Assembly (NCBI GenBank): GCA_964057225.1
Contig: OZ059895.1
Coordinates: 12,214,001-12,278,000, forward strand
Direction: 5' to 3'
Source: Auanema rhodensis
Taxonomy: Eukaryota; Animalia; Nematoda
Length of the DNA: 64,000 nucleotides
Position numbers and translations under genes: made by a program
Notes under the pieces: model-generated
What the model was told of the DNA's origin: nothing
The model's database searches: none
What the model saw: only the letters and a program-made list of their open reading frames with translations
In this document: in pieces, positions 35,043 to 48,400 of the stretch
Numbering within the stretch: the first letter of the stretch is position 1
How the letters are laid out: the number at the start of each line of letters is the position of its first letter

Positions 35043-38000
35043 TATATTACAGTTATAAACCAGTAGTTTATGAACCTTCATCTTAACTTTACTGTTTCTA
35101 TCTATTTCCTATTGAAACAAACATTGTTTTAACACTATACAACTGTGAAACCTTTTTTAATTTATTGTATTTGGATCTCATAAGATTTGACATCATCGAG
35201 GGATTTAGATATTACGTAGAAAATTACATAACTAACATGAAATTGGAAAAAAAACAATAACGAGGATAAGTATGTAAATCATTGAATATCAGATATTTTC
35301 GCTTACGACCATACCACGTTGAAAGTACGTCATCCCGTCCGATCTGGCAAGTCAAGCAACGTTGGGCCCGGTTAGTACTTGGATCGGAGACGGCTTGGGA
35401 ATCCCGGGTGCCGTAAGCTTTTCAAATTTTTTAAGGATCATACCACGTTGAAAGTATGCCATGCAGCTGATTTTCAATTTTATCTCTTCCGTAACAAATG
35501 TTTTCAATTTTCCAGCAGTTTTACTTAGATAGCTCAACCCAAGGCATCAAAAAATCTTCAATCTTATTTCTACATTACAGTTATAAACCAGTAGTTTATG
35601 AACCTTAATCTTAACTTTCCTGTTTCTATCTATTTCCTATTGAAACAAACGTTGTTTAAACACTATACAACTGTGAAACCTTTTTTAATTTATTGTATTT
35701 GGAGCTCATAAGATTTGATATCATCGAGGGATTTAGATGTAACGTGGAAAATAACATAACTAACATGAAATTGGAAAAAAAACAATAACGAGGATAAGTA
35801 TGTAAATCATTGAATATCAGGTATTTTCGCTTACGACCATACCACGTTGAAAATACGCCATCCCGTCCGATCTGGCAAGTCAAGCAACGTTGGGCCCGGT
35901 TAGTACTTGGATCGGAGACGGCTTGGGAATCCCGGGTGCCGTAAGCTTTTCGAATTTTTTTAACGATCATACCACGTTGAAAGTACGCCATGCAGCTGAT
36001 TTTCAATTTTATCTCTTCCGTAACAAATGTTTTCAATTTTCCAGCAGTTTTACTTAGATAGCTCAACCCAAGACATTAAAATATCTTCAATCTTATTTCT
36101 ATATTACAGTTATAAACCAGTAGTTCATGAACCTTAATCTTAACTTTATTGTTTCTATCTATTTCCTATTGAAACAAACGTTGTTTAAACACTCTACAAC
36201 TGTGAAACCTTTTTTAATTTATTGTATTTGGAGCTCATAAGATTTGATATCATCGAGGGATTTAGATGTAACGTGGAAAATTACATAACTAACATGAAAT
36301 TGGAAAAAAAACAATAACGAGGATAAGTATGTAAATCATTGAATATCAGGTATTTTCGCTTACGACCATACCACGTTGAAAGTACGTCATCCCGTCCGAT
36401 CTGGCAAGTCAAGCAACGTTGGGCCCGGTTAGTACTTGGATCGGAGACGGCTTGGGAATCCCGGGTGCCGTAAGCTTTTCAAATTTTTTTAACGATCATA
36501 CCACGTTGAAAGTATGCCATGCAGCTGATTTTCAATTTTATCTCTTCCGTAACAAATGTTTTCAATTTTCCAGCAGTTTTACTTACATAGCTCAACCCAA
36601 GGCATTAAAATATCTTCAATCTTATTTCTATATTACAGTTATAAACCAGTAGTTTATGAACCTTCATCTTAACTTTACTGTTTCTATCTATTTCCTATTG
36701 AAACAAACGTTGTTTAAACACTATACAACTGTGAAACCTTTTTTAATTTATTGTATTTGGAGCTCATAAGATTTGATATCATCGAGGGATTTAGATGTAA
36801 CGTGGAAAATAACATAACTAACATGAAATTGGAAAAAAAACAATAACGAGGATAAGTATGTAAATCATTGAATATCAGGTATTTTCGCTTACGACCATAC
36901 CACGTTGAAAATACGCCATCCCGTCCGATCTGGCAAGTCAAGCAACGTTGGGCCCGGTTAGTACTTGGATCGGAGACGGCTTGGGAATCCCGGGTGCCGT
37001 AAGCTTTTCGAATTTTTTTAACGATCATACCACGTTGAAAGTACGCCATGCAGCTGATTTTCAATTTTATCTCTTCCGTAACAAATGTTTTCAATTTTCC
37101 AGCAGTTTTACTTAGATAGCTCAACCCAAGACATTAAAATATCTTCAATCTTATTTCTATATTACAGTTATAAACCAGTAGTTCATGAACCTTAATCTTA
37201 ACTTTATTGTTTCTATCTATTTCCTATTGAAACAAACGTTGTTTAAACACTCTACAACTGTGAAACCTTTTTTAATTTATTGTATTTGGAGCTCATAAGA
37301 TTTGATATCATCGAGGGATTTAGATGTAACGTGGAAAATTACATAACTAACATGAAATTGGAAAAAAAACAATAACGAGGATAAGTATGTAAATCATTGA
37401 ATATCAGGTATTTTCGCTTACGACCATACCACGTTGAAAGTACGTCATCCCGTCCGATCTGGCAAGTCAAGCAACGTTGGGCCCGGTTAGTACTTGGATC
37501 GGAGACGGCTTGGGAATCCCGGGTGCCGTAAGCTTTTCAAATTTTTTTAACGATCATACCACGTTGAAAGTATGCCATGCAGCTGATTTTCAATTTTATC
37601 TCTTCCGTAACAAATGTTTTCAATTTTCCAGCAGTTTTACTTACATAGCTCAACCCAAGGCATTAAAATATCTTCAATCTTATTTCTATATTACAGTTAT
37701 AAACCAGTAGTTTATGAACCTTCATCTTAACTTTACTGTTTCTATCTATTTCCTATTGAAACAAACGTTGTTTAAACACTATACAACTGTGAAACCTTTT
37801 TTAATTTATTGTATTTGGAGCTCATAAGATTTGATATCATCGAGGGATTTAGATGTAACGTGGAAAATAACATAACTAACATGAAATTGGAAAAAAAACA
37901 ATAACGAGGATAAGTATGTAAATCATTGAATATCAGGTATTTTCGCTTACGACCATACCACGTTGAAAATACGCCATCCCGTCCGATCTGGCAAGTCAAG

Positions 38001-41000
38001 CAACGTTGGGCCCGGTTAGTACTTGGATCGGAGACGGCTTGGGAATCCCGGGTGCCGTAAGCTTTTCGAATTTTTTTAACGATCATACCACGTTGAAAGT
38101 ACGCCATGCAGCTGATTTTCAATTTTATCTCTTCCGTAACAAATGTTTTCAATTTTCCAGCAGTTTTACTTAGATAGCTCAACCCAAGGCATCAAAATAT
38201 CTTCAATCTTATTTCTATATTACAGTTATAAACCAGTAGTTCATGAACCTTAATCTTAACTTTATTGTTTCTATCTATTTCCTATTGAAACAACATTGTT
38301 TTAACACTATACAACTGTGAAACCTTTTTTAATTTATCGTATTTGGAGCTCATAAGATTCAATATCATCGAGGGATTTAGATGTAACGTGGAAAATTACA
38401 TAACTAACATGAAATTGGAAAATAAGCAATAACGAGGATAAATATGTAAATCATTGAATAACAGATATTTTCGCTTACGACCATACCACGTTGAAAATAC
38501 GCCATGCAGCTGATTTTCAATTTTATCTCTTCCGTAACAAATGTTTTTAATTTTCCAGCAGTTTTACTTACATAGCTCAACCCAAGGCATTAAAATATCT
38601 TCAATCTTATTTCTATATTACAGTTATAAACCAGTAGTTTATGAACCTTCATCTTAACTTTACTGTTTCTATCTATTTCCTATTGAAACAAACATTGTTT
38701 TAACACTATACAACTGTGAAACCTTTTTTAATTTATTGTATTTGGATCTCATAAGATTTGACATCATCGAGGGATTTAGATATTACGTAGAAAATTACAT
38801 AACTAACATGAAATTGGAAAAAAAACAATAACGAGGATAAGTATGTAAATCATTGAATATCAGATATTTTCGCTTACGACCATACCACGTTGAAAATACG
38901 CCATGCAGCTGATTTTCAATTTTATCTCTTCCGTAACAAATGTTTTTAATTTTCCAGCAGTTTTACTTACATAGCTCAACCCAAGGCATTAAAATATCTT
39001 CAATCTTATTTCTATATTACAGTTATAAACCAGTAGTTTATGAACCTTCATCTTAACTTTACTGTTTCTATCTATTTCCTATTGAAACAAACGTTGTTTA
39101 AACACTATACAACTGTGAAACCTTTTTTAATTTATTGTATTTGGAGCTCATAAGATTTGATATCATCGAGGGATTTAGATGTAACGTGGAAAATAACATA
39201 ACTAACATGAAATTGGAAAAAAAACAATAACGAGGATAAGTATGTAAATCATTGAATATCAGGTATTTTCGCTTACGACCATACCACGTTGAAAATACGC
39301 CATCCCGTCCGATCTGGCAAGTCAAGCAACGTTGGGCCCGGTTAGTACTTGGATCGGAGACGGCTTGGGAATCCCGGGTGCCGTAAGCTTTTCAAATTTT
39401 TTTAACGATCATACCACGTTGAAAGTATGCCATGCAGCTGATTTTCAATTTTATCTCTTCCGTAACAAATGTTTTCAATTTTCCAGCAGTTTTACTTAGA
39501 TAGCTCAACCCAAGGCATCAAAAAATCTTCAATCTTATTTCTATATTACAGTTATAAACCAGTAGTTTATGAACCTTAATCTTAACTTTACTGTTTCTAT
39601 CTATTTCCTATTGAAACAAACGTTGTTTAAACACTATACAACTGTGAAACCTTTTTTAATTTATTGTATTTGGAGCTCATAAGATTTGATATCATCGAGG
39701 GATTTAGATGTAACGTGGAAAATTACATAACTAACATGAAATTGGAAAAAAAACAATAACGAAGACAAGTATGTAAATCATTGAATATCAGGTATTTTCG
39801 CTTACGACCATACCACGTTGAAAATACGCCATCCCGTCCGATCTGGCAAGTCAAGCAACGTTGGGCCCGGTTAGTACTTGGATCGGAGACGGCTTGGGAA
39901 TCCCGGGTGCCGTAAGCTTTTCAAATTTTTTTGACGATCATGCCACGTTGAAAGAACGCCATGCAGCTGATTTTCAATTTTATCTCTTCCGTAACAAATG
40001 TTTTTAATTTTCCAGCAGTTTTACTCAGATAGCTTAACCCAAGGCATCAAAATATCTTCAATCTTATTTCTATATTACAGTTATAAACCAGTAGTTCATG
40101 AACCTTAATCTTAACTTTATTGTTTCTATCTATTTCCTATTGAAACAACATTGTTTTAACACTATACAACTGTGAAACCTTTTTTAATTTATCGTATTTG
40201 GAGCTCATAAGATTCAATATCATCGAGGGATTTAGATGTAACGTGGAAAATTACATAACTAACATGAAATTGGAAAATAAGCAATAACGAGGATAAATAT
40301 GTAAATCATTGAATAACAGATATTTTCGCTTACGACCATACCACGTTGAAAATACGCCATGCAGCTGATTTTCAATTTTATCTCTTCCGTAACAAATGTT
40401 TTTAATTTTCCAGCAGTTTTACTTACATAGCTCAACCCAAGGCATTAAAATATCTTCAATCTTATTTCTATATTACAGTTATAAACCAGTAGTTTATGAA
40501 CCTTCATCTTAACTTTACTGTTTCTATCTATTTCCTATTGAAACAAACATTGTTTTAACACTATACAACTGTGAAACCTTTTTTAATTTATTGTATTTGG
40601 ATCTCATAAGATTTGACATCATCGAGGGATTTAGATATTACGTAGAAAATTACATAACTAACATGAAATTGGAAAAAAAACAATAACGAGGATAAGTATG
40701 TAAATCATTGAATATCAGATATTTTCGCTTACGACCATACCACGTTGAAAGTACGTCATCCCGTCCGATCTGGCAAGTCAAGCAACGTTGGGCCCGGTTA
40801 GTACTTGGATCGGAGACGGCTTGGGAATCCCGGGTGCCGTAAGCTTTTCAAATTTTTTAAGGATCATACCACGTTGAAAGTATGCCATGCAGCTGATTTT
40901 CAATTTTATCTCTTCCGTAACAAATGTTTTCAATTTTCCAGCAGTTTTACTTAGATAGCTCAACCCAAGGCATCAAAAAATCTTCAATCTTATTTCTACA

Positions 41001-43940
41001 TTACAGTTATAAACCAGTAGTTTATGAACCTTAATCTTAACTTTACTGTTTCTATCTATTTCCTATTGAAACAAACGTTGTTTAAACACTATACAACTGT
41101 GAAACCTTTTTTAATTTATTGTATTTGGAGCTCATAAGATTTGATATCATCGAGGGATTTAGATGTAACGTGGAAAATAACATAACTAACATGAAATTGG
41201 AAAAAAAACAATAACGAGGATAAGTATGTAAATCATTGAATATCAGGTATTTTCGCTTACGACCATACCACGTTGAAAATACGCCATCCCGTCCGATCTG
41301 GCAAGTCAAGCAACGTTGGGCCCGGTTAGTACTTGGATCGGAGACGGCTTGGGAATCCCGGGTGCCGTAAGCTTTTCAAATTTTTTTGACGATCATGCCA
41401 CGTTGAAAGAACGCCATGCAGCTGATTTTCAATTTTATCTCTTCCGTAACAAATGTTTTTAATTTTCCAGCAGTTTTACTTAGATAGCTCAACCCAAGGC
41501 ATCAAAATATCTTCAATCTTATTTCTATATTACAGTTATAAACCAGTAGTTTATGAACCTTAATCTTAACTTTATTGTTTCTATCTATTTCCTATTGAAA
41601 CAACAATGTTTTAACACTATACAACTGTGAAACCTTTTTTAATTCATCGTATTTGGAGCTCATAAGATTCAATATCATCGAGGGATTTAGATGTAACGTG
41701 GAAAATTACATAACTAACATGAAATTGGAAAATAAGCAATAACGAGGATAAATATCTAAATCATTGAATAACAGATATTTTCGCTTACGACCATACCACG
41801 TTGAAAATACGCCATGCAGCTGATTTTCAATTTTATCTCTTCCGTAACAAATGTTTTTAATTTTCCAGCAGTTTTACTTAGATAGCTCAACCCTAGGCAT
41901 TAAAATATCTTCAATCTTATTTCTATATTACAGTTATAAACCAGTAGTTTATGAACCTTCATCTTAACTTTACTGTTTCTATCTATTTCCTATTGAAACA
42001 AACATTATTTTAACACTATACAACTGTGAAACCTTTTTTAATTTATTGTATTTGGATCTCATAAGATTTGACATCATCGAGGGATTTAGATATTACGTAG
42101 AAAATTACATAACTAACATGAAATTGGAAAAAAAACAATAACGAGGATAAGTATGTAAATCATTGAATATCAGGTATTTTCGCTTACGACCATACCACGT
42201 TGAAAGTACGCCATCCCGTCCGATCTGGCAAGTCAAGCAACGTTGGGCCCGGTTAGTACTTGGATCGGAGACGGCTTGGGAATCCCGGGTGCCGTAAGCT
42301 TTTCAAATTTTTTTGACGATCATGCCACGTTGAAAGAACGCCATGCAGCTGATTTTCAATTTTATCTCTTCCGTAACAAATGTTTTTAATTTTCCAGCAG
42401 TTTTACTTAGATAGCTCAACCCAAGGCATCAAAATATCTTCAATCTTATTTCTATATTACAGTTATAAACCAGTAGTTTATGAACCTTAATCTTAACTTT
42501 ATTGTTTCTATCTATTTTCTATTGAAACAACAATGTTTTAACACTATACAACTGTGAAACCTTTTTTAATTTATCGTATTTGGAGCTCATAAGATTCAAT
42601 ATCATCGAGGGATTTAGATGTAACGTGGAAAATTACATAACTAACATGAAATTGGAAAATAAGCAATAACGAGGATAAATATGTAAATCATTGAATAACA
42701 GATATTTTCGCTTACGACCATACCACGTTGAAAGTATGCCATGCAGCTGATTTTCAATTTTATCTCTTCCGTAACAAATGTTTTCAATTTTCCAGCAGTT
42801 TTACTTAGATAGCTCAACCCAAGGCATTAAAATATCTTCAATCTTATTTCTATATTACAGTTATAAACCAGTAGTTTATGAACCTTTATCTTAACTTTAC
42901 TGTTTCTATCTATTTCCTATTGAAACAAACATTGTTTAAACACTATACAACTGTGAAACCTTTTTTAATTTATTGTATTTGGATCTCATAAGATTTGATA
43001 TCATCGAGGGATTTAGATATTACGTAGAAAATTACATAACTAACATGAAATTGGAAAAAAAAACAATAACGATGATAAGTATGTAAATCATTGAATATCA
43101 GATATTTTCGCTTACGACCATACCACGTTGAAAGTACGCCATCCCGTCCGATCTGGCAAGTCAAGCAACGTTAGGCCCGGTTAGTACTTGGATCGGAGAA
43201 GGCTTGGGAATCCCGGGTGCCGTAAGCTTTTCAAATTTTTTTGACGATCATGCCACGTTGAAAGAACGCCATGCAGCTGATTTTCAATTTTATCTCTTCC
43301 GTAACAAATATTATTAATTTTCCAGCAGTTTTACTTAGATAGCTCAACCCAAAGCATCAAAATATCTTCAATCTTATTTCTATATTACAGTTTTAAAACC
43401 AGTAGTTTATGAACCTTAATCTTAACTTTACTGTTTCTATCTATTTCCTATTGAAACAAACAATGTTTTAACACTATACAACTGTGAAACCTTTTTTAAT
43501 TTATTGTATTTGGAGCTCATAAGATTCAATATCATCGAGGGATTTAGATGTAACGTGGAAAATTACATAACTAACATGAAATTGGAAAATAAGCAATAAC
43601 GAGGATAAATATGTAAATCATTGAATAACAGATATTTTCGCTTACGACCATACCACGTTGAAAATACGCCATGCAGCTGATTTTCAATTTTATTTCTTCC
43701 GTAACAAATGTTTTCAATTTTCCAGCAGTTTTACTTAGATAGCTCAACCCAAGGCATCAAAATATCTTCAATCTTATTTCTATATTACAGTTATAAACCA
43801 GTAGTTTATGAACCTTAATCTTAACTTTACTGTTTCTATCTATTTCCTATTGAAACAAACATTGTTTTAACACTATACAACTGTGAAACCTTTTTTAATT
43901 TATTGTATTTGGAGCTCATAAGATTTGATATCATCGAGGG
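35043..43940 (+). repeat. 5S rDNA array, segment 3
   Basis: Full 5S at 35301, 35829, 36358, 36887, 37416, 37945, 39271, 39800, 40727, 41255, 42182, 43110; truncated at 38473, 38872, 40328, 41783, 42710, 43640. Confidence 0.96.
35301..35419 (+). rRNA. 5S rRNA
   Basis: Full 119-nt copy. Confidence 0.95.
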
Positions 43941-44321
43941 TGTCACATCTGCAAGCACATGGTAAACATGTGCGCGCTATTCAAATAGCGGGAGCCTGAA
44001 CAAGCCCCGCCTACAACATGGGACACACATGGCACTCTTGCTTCTGGCCTAACCCAGATAGGTTGTCTTATAGTCATGTGAGTCTCATCTCTATATCATC
44101 TATATATATACTCTATTTAATACTTTATTAGATCTCTTCATATTCTTTCTTAATGTAATTCTTATATTGTATTTTCTTGTTATCTGATAATGAATCTTTT
44201 TCTCTTTAAGTATTTGTCTTAATAAGGAAATCGGGGCGTTCGGGTCTGCCTACCTAAGGAACAAGGTAGAAGTACATATATTTTCCGACCATGAAAAGAC
44301 GGGAAGAAACAATATGTAACG
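43941..44321 (+). repeat. 5' LTR of element 2 (381 bp)
   Basis: TGTCACAT...ATGTAACG; no differences seen vs 53707-54087. Confidence 0.95.
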
Positions 44322-44334
44322 TGGAGGTTCCACC
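44322..44334 (+). promoter_or_regulatory. Primer binding site, tRNA-Gln-like
   Basis: TGGAGGTTCCACC, identical to the element 1 PBS. Confidence 0.85.
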
Positions 44335-45485
44335 TTGCTTACTTTACTGTTAATTTATTGACAGCAAGTTTACGAGACTTTTGGACTTAATTACCCAACA
44401 GTGAGGAGTAACCGAGCCGTGCACCATGATTTCCCCAAAAAATTATTTTGGCTACCACTTCTCCTCCGCTCAACGAAAACTGGGAGGTGTCTGAGACGTT
44501 TGGGGAAACTATCAGACAATAGTTTTGACGAGCGTTACCTTTTTGTTATGCACGCGCGTGCTATTTTGATTCATTACTTTATGATGTGAATGTCCAGTGT
44601 GGCAACAGAGCTCACTTTTTAGCTGAGTTGTTTGGAAGCTGGAGGCTGTTGGGATAATTTTATTTATGATTTTTTGATTTTGATTCACATCCAAGGGTTC
44701 ATCAGGGTTCTACTCCTGTTAACTCTTTTCTTATTAGTTGTTATTAGTTCAGAGATAATAAGAATATTTGAATTCCTACCCACCCAAGTCCACTCTACGT
44801 CTGCCAACGTTTCCTTTTTCCTATCTTATTGACAGATTACTGAATTTAAATTCCTATATCAATCTTAAATTACCTTCTAAATCTTTTGAAATTAAATTAA
44901 AAATTATCTTAATTAAGATTTATTTTGAAATTCTTCCTACAAATCTTAACAAACTTCATAAAATTGAACTTAATATACGAGATGAGACATTTTTGTTTAC
45001 TTTAAGCTTACTCACATTCAAATAGTTGGCCCACGCGTACCAGCTGTTCGACATGTGTAGTCAATAACAGCTGTTAAAATTCAAAAGTTTTCAAACAGGC
45101 TTAAGGCACCATCTGTGATTCCTTATTTGTCTCTAAGCTGACATAAGTGATTATAATATTCAAATATCACGACAGACGGTCAATGGTTGTTTACCATAAG
45201 CGCTAACATCTGGTGTCGTGACACATGGCTGGAGGCGGAGCTTGAAGCTTCAACGATCCTCCTTCATCAGACGCCATTGTCACAAACGTTTTTACTGGAG
45301 TCTAGTTGCTTCCAGTACGCGCTCTTATATTCATCTAACTGTATTCACCAGCCACCCTGTCGGACTCGGACATCAGCGAGGAAAACAAAGATCAGGAACA
45401 AGGATCACCAGAGGTACGCCAAGTTTTTGAATTTAATTCTAAAAACTTAAATACTCCATCCACCTACCTCTCTCCTTTTGAATTT

Positions 45486-48400
45486 TTGAGAGAAGAAGGT
45501 GATTCCTCTTCTTCTTCTCACTCTTCTTCTCTAACAATTAGAACGAGAAGTAAAAGCAGAAAGGCCATCACTGAGGAAACACCTCGGGCACCTACTACAG
45601 TACGAAATAGATCACCAAGTCGGTGGGCCGCTGCTATAACTAAAGCTTTTGAAAGAAAAATGACTCCTACCTCTCCATCTCCTAATTCTAATGTTGCTCC
45701 ACCCTCTAGAAATATGGCAACTATTTTGAATTGCCATCTCTGTCCCAGGTATGACGGCTCTCGTAGCTTTCGTTCTTTTGTTGAATCTTTAAATAGATTT
45801 TTTAATGTTATGAATCTAAGCTTACCTGAGAGACTATTAATTTTGCCTCTTCTTTTGGAATCAAATGAAACAGCTCTCTCCTTGTATAATAGTATTCCTA
45901 GTGGCATAAGAACTAATGGCCCATGGATTGTTTTGATGGATCAGCTCACTGAGCTTTTAGCGCCTAAAACAGATAAAAATTTCACCATAGCGCTTATTCA
46001 TCGAGTACAACAAGGAGATAAATCTGTTCTTGATTTTAGTATGGAATTAGAGAGAATGGCAAGCACCATAATGTCACCAATGGATCCCGAGCGGGAACCA
46101 ATGTTGAAAACGGCATTTTTAAATGGTTTAAAAGAGGAACTGGGTATTGCGGTTTTAACTAAAAACCCCGCCACTTATGAACAAGCTAAGAAATTAGCTA
46201 GGTTTGAAGAAGGCGTTCGAAATAGCTTCATGAAAAGAAATGAAGACACCAGCACCTTGAAGGAGCTCATAAATGCTTTACAGCATAAATTAAGCTTTAG
46301 TGAAGAAAGAGAAAGAAGTAGGAATAATAATAATAATAAAAATTATAAAAATAATAAAAATAATAAAAAAAATAATAACTGGACTCAGCACAATAATGGC
46401 TCTAATGATTATGAGCGAGAGAGAGAGCGACCTTCTGCCGTACGTTATAATAATAATAACTCGCAGAACGGGAATATGAATAGGCGTCCTAACCCGGGAA
46501 ACCGCCCATTTGCCAATGGCAGAAATGCCAATAGCTCGTCTTGGAACCCTAGGCCTAGTTCCCCAAGAAGACAAAAACCATCAGCCAATGGGAATGGTAA
46601 CTCAAGGGTATACAGCGTAGCGACCCCATTCATGCCACCGGTCACGTTGTGCCTGACTTTATTGGCACTCTCATGCCTTCCCTTTGGGTTGGCAAAATAT
46701 CAGATTTGCGCTCAATCTGAAGGGGGTATATTAGTAACACCTCCTGTGGTCACAGGCTGCCATAAGGCAGAAATTGAAAAGGCTCACAGTGTTGAGGTAG
46801 AAATATATCTACCAAAGGCTGAGATAGAGTCATGGGAAGCATGGAAATGCTATGTGAAAAAGTATAAAAGCTGTGTGAGAGATTTCATGTTTTTGAGAGA
46901 TCGTAACACCACATTCTCTCATATTGAAACAGTAGATAAGAAAGATTGTGTTCGAGCACATAGAAATCGTATGTGGAATGATAAAATCATGAATGCCCAA
47001 CAGCATTCAGTTTTTGAAACACCATTAAACGAGCATAATCCAACTCGCTCTTGGTCCACTGAAGAATGTGTAGAAATTGAACAATTTGTATTGAAGCGAG
47101 GGATAATAACTAGATTGAAAGAAGATCACATTGTATCAGACTTATTTATAAATACTGATAATTGTAAAGGAAATGAAGGGTTTTGTGCAACTGGTGAAGG
47201 TGCAGTTATCTGGCAACCACCTATCCTATCAGTTGTCTGTCACTATCAAAAACTTGGCCCCTTCTCCGCCATGTTGGGTGATCATATTCTTCTAGTTCAC
47301 TCTATTGAAAGCGCTTTTGTTCTCCAAAATCATTTCACATCCGCTCACGTTCAATCTTGTTTCGAATTCGCTGTTTTTGAATCATCTTCTGAGGCAATTA
47401 TCCGATTCACAGCATATCCCCGTGTTTATAATTTGCTTGATCTTTCCAATACTTTGCTTAATGCTGATAGACGCAGAAATAAACGTAATGCATTACCTCA
47501 AAAACATCGCTCTTTCAGTGATGATTATCTTTTTGTTAATGCGAAATCCCAACCATATGCGTTTCCATTTCTAAGACCTACTTTCATTTTTGGATCTGCA
47601 TCTATCACTAAGTTTTACGCAAAATATATGAGATATGCAGCTACATCATCTTATGAGAGTTTGCTCCAATTCGCGATAGATAATCCACTGTTCATTGACA
47701 CAATTGTTAGTTTAGGATTGACAAAAGATCATATAACTAACTGGGCAAAGTCTAATAATTTCAAAGATCCCAATCTTTTGATTTTACAATGTATGGGTAT
47801 AGAGGAAATTAAACTGGCTACTAGACAGATGATTAATAGCATGAAATTGGATGATCTTATCACTCAAGTAGCTCGTCGTATAGAAGTTCCTCGGTTAAAA
47901 AGATCTTTGATGAAATCTACAACATCCATAGAAGATTTCTTTCGAGGAATGGCTCACGCAGTAGTATATCAAGCCACAATTCTTGATGGTACACAAACAG
48001 TTCCATCAATTGAACAGTTGGCAAGAGCCTTATATCCATCTATATTACCACGCAGTGGAAATATGAATCAATCTGAAATTATTGCAACTGCTCAAGGCAT
48101 GTTATTCATGATCCAACAACAATCGGGAAAAGAACAAATATCTCGTGACATGCAAGTCAGTCGACAACAAAAAGCTGATGCTACTGTTAGAAATAACCAA
48201 GAGCAAGATTTAGCAATTATATCCAAGCTGCCTGACTATCACAACCTTTATACAAAGAATAGTACAGCATATTATGGATTTCCTCCACAGTCCATCGAAT
48301 ACCCACAGGAAAATCCTAAATTCAATAAAACAGAAGTTTTAGAATTCATAAGTTGGGTTAAAACTCAAATCACAACTGATAAAAATATGGTACAGCATAC

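Noticed and set aside
44401-45450. Short ORFs in the element 2 leader
   Set aside because: Short, mostly non-ATG, low-complexity, with no recognisable homology or convincing splice chain.
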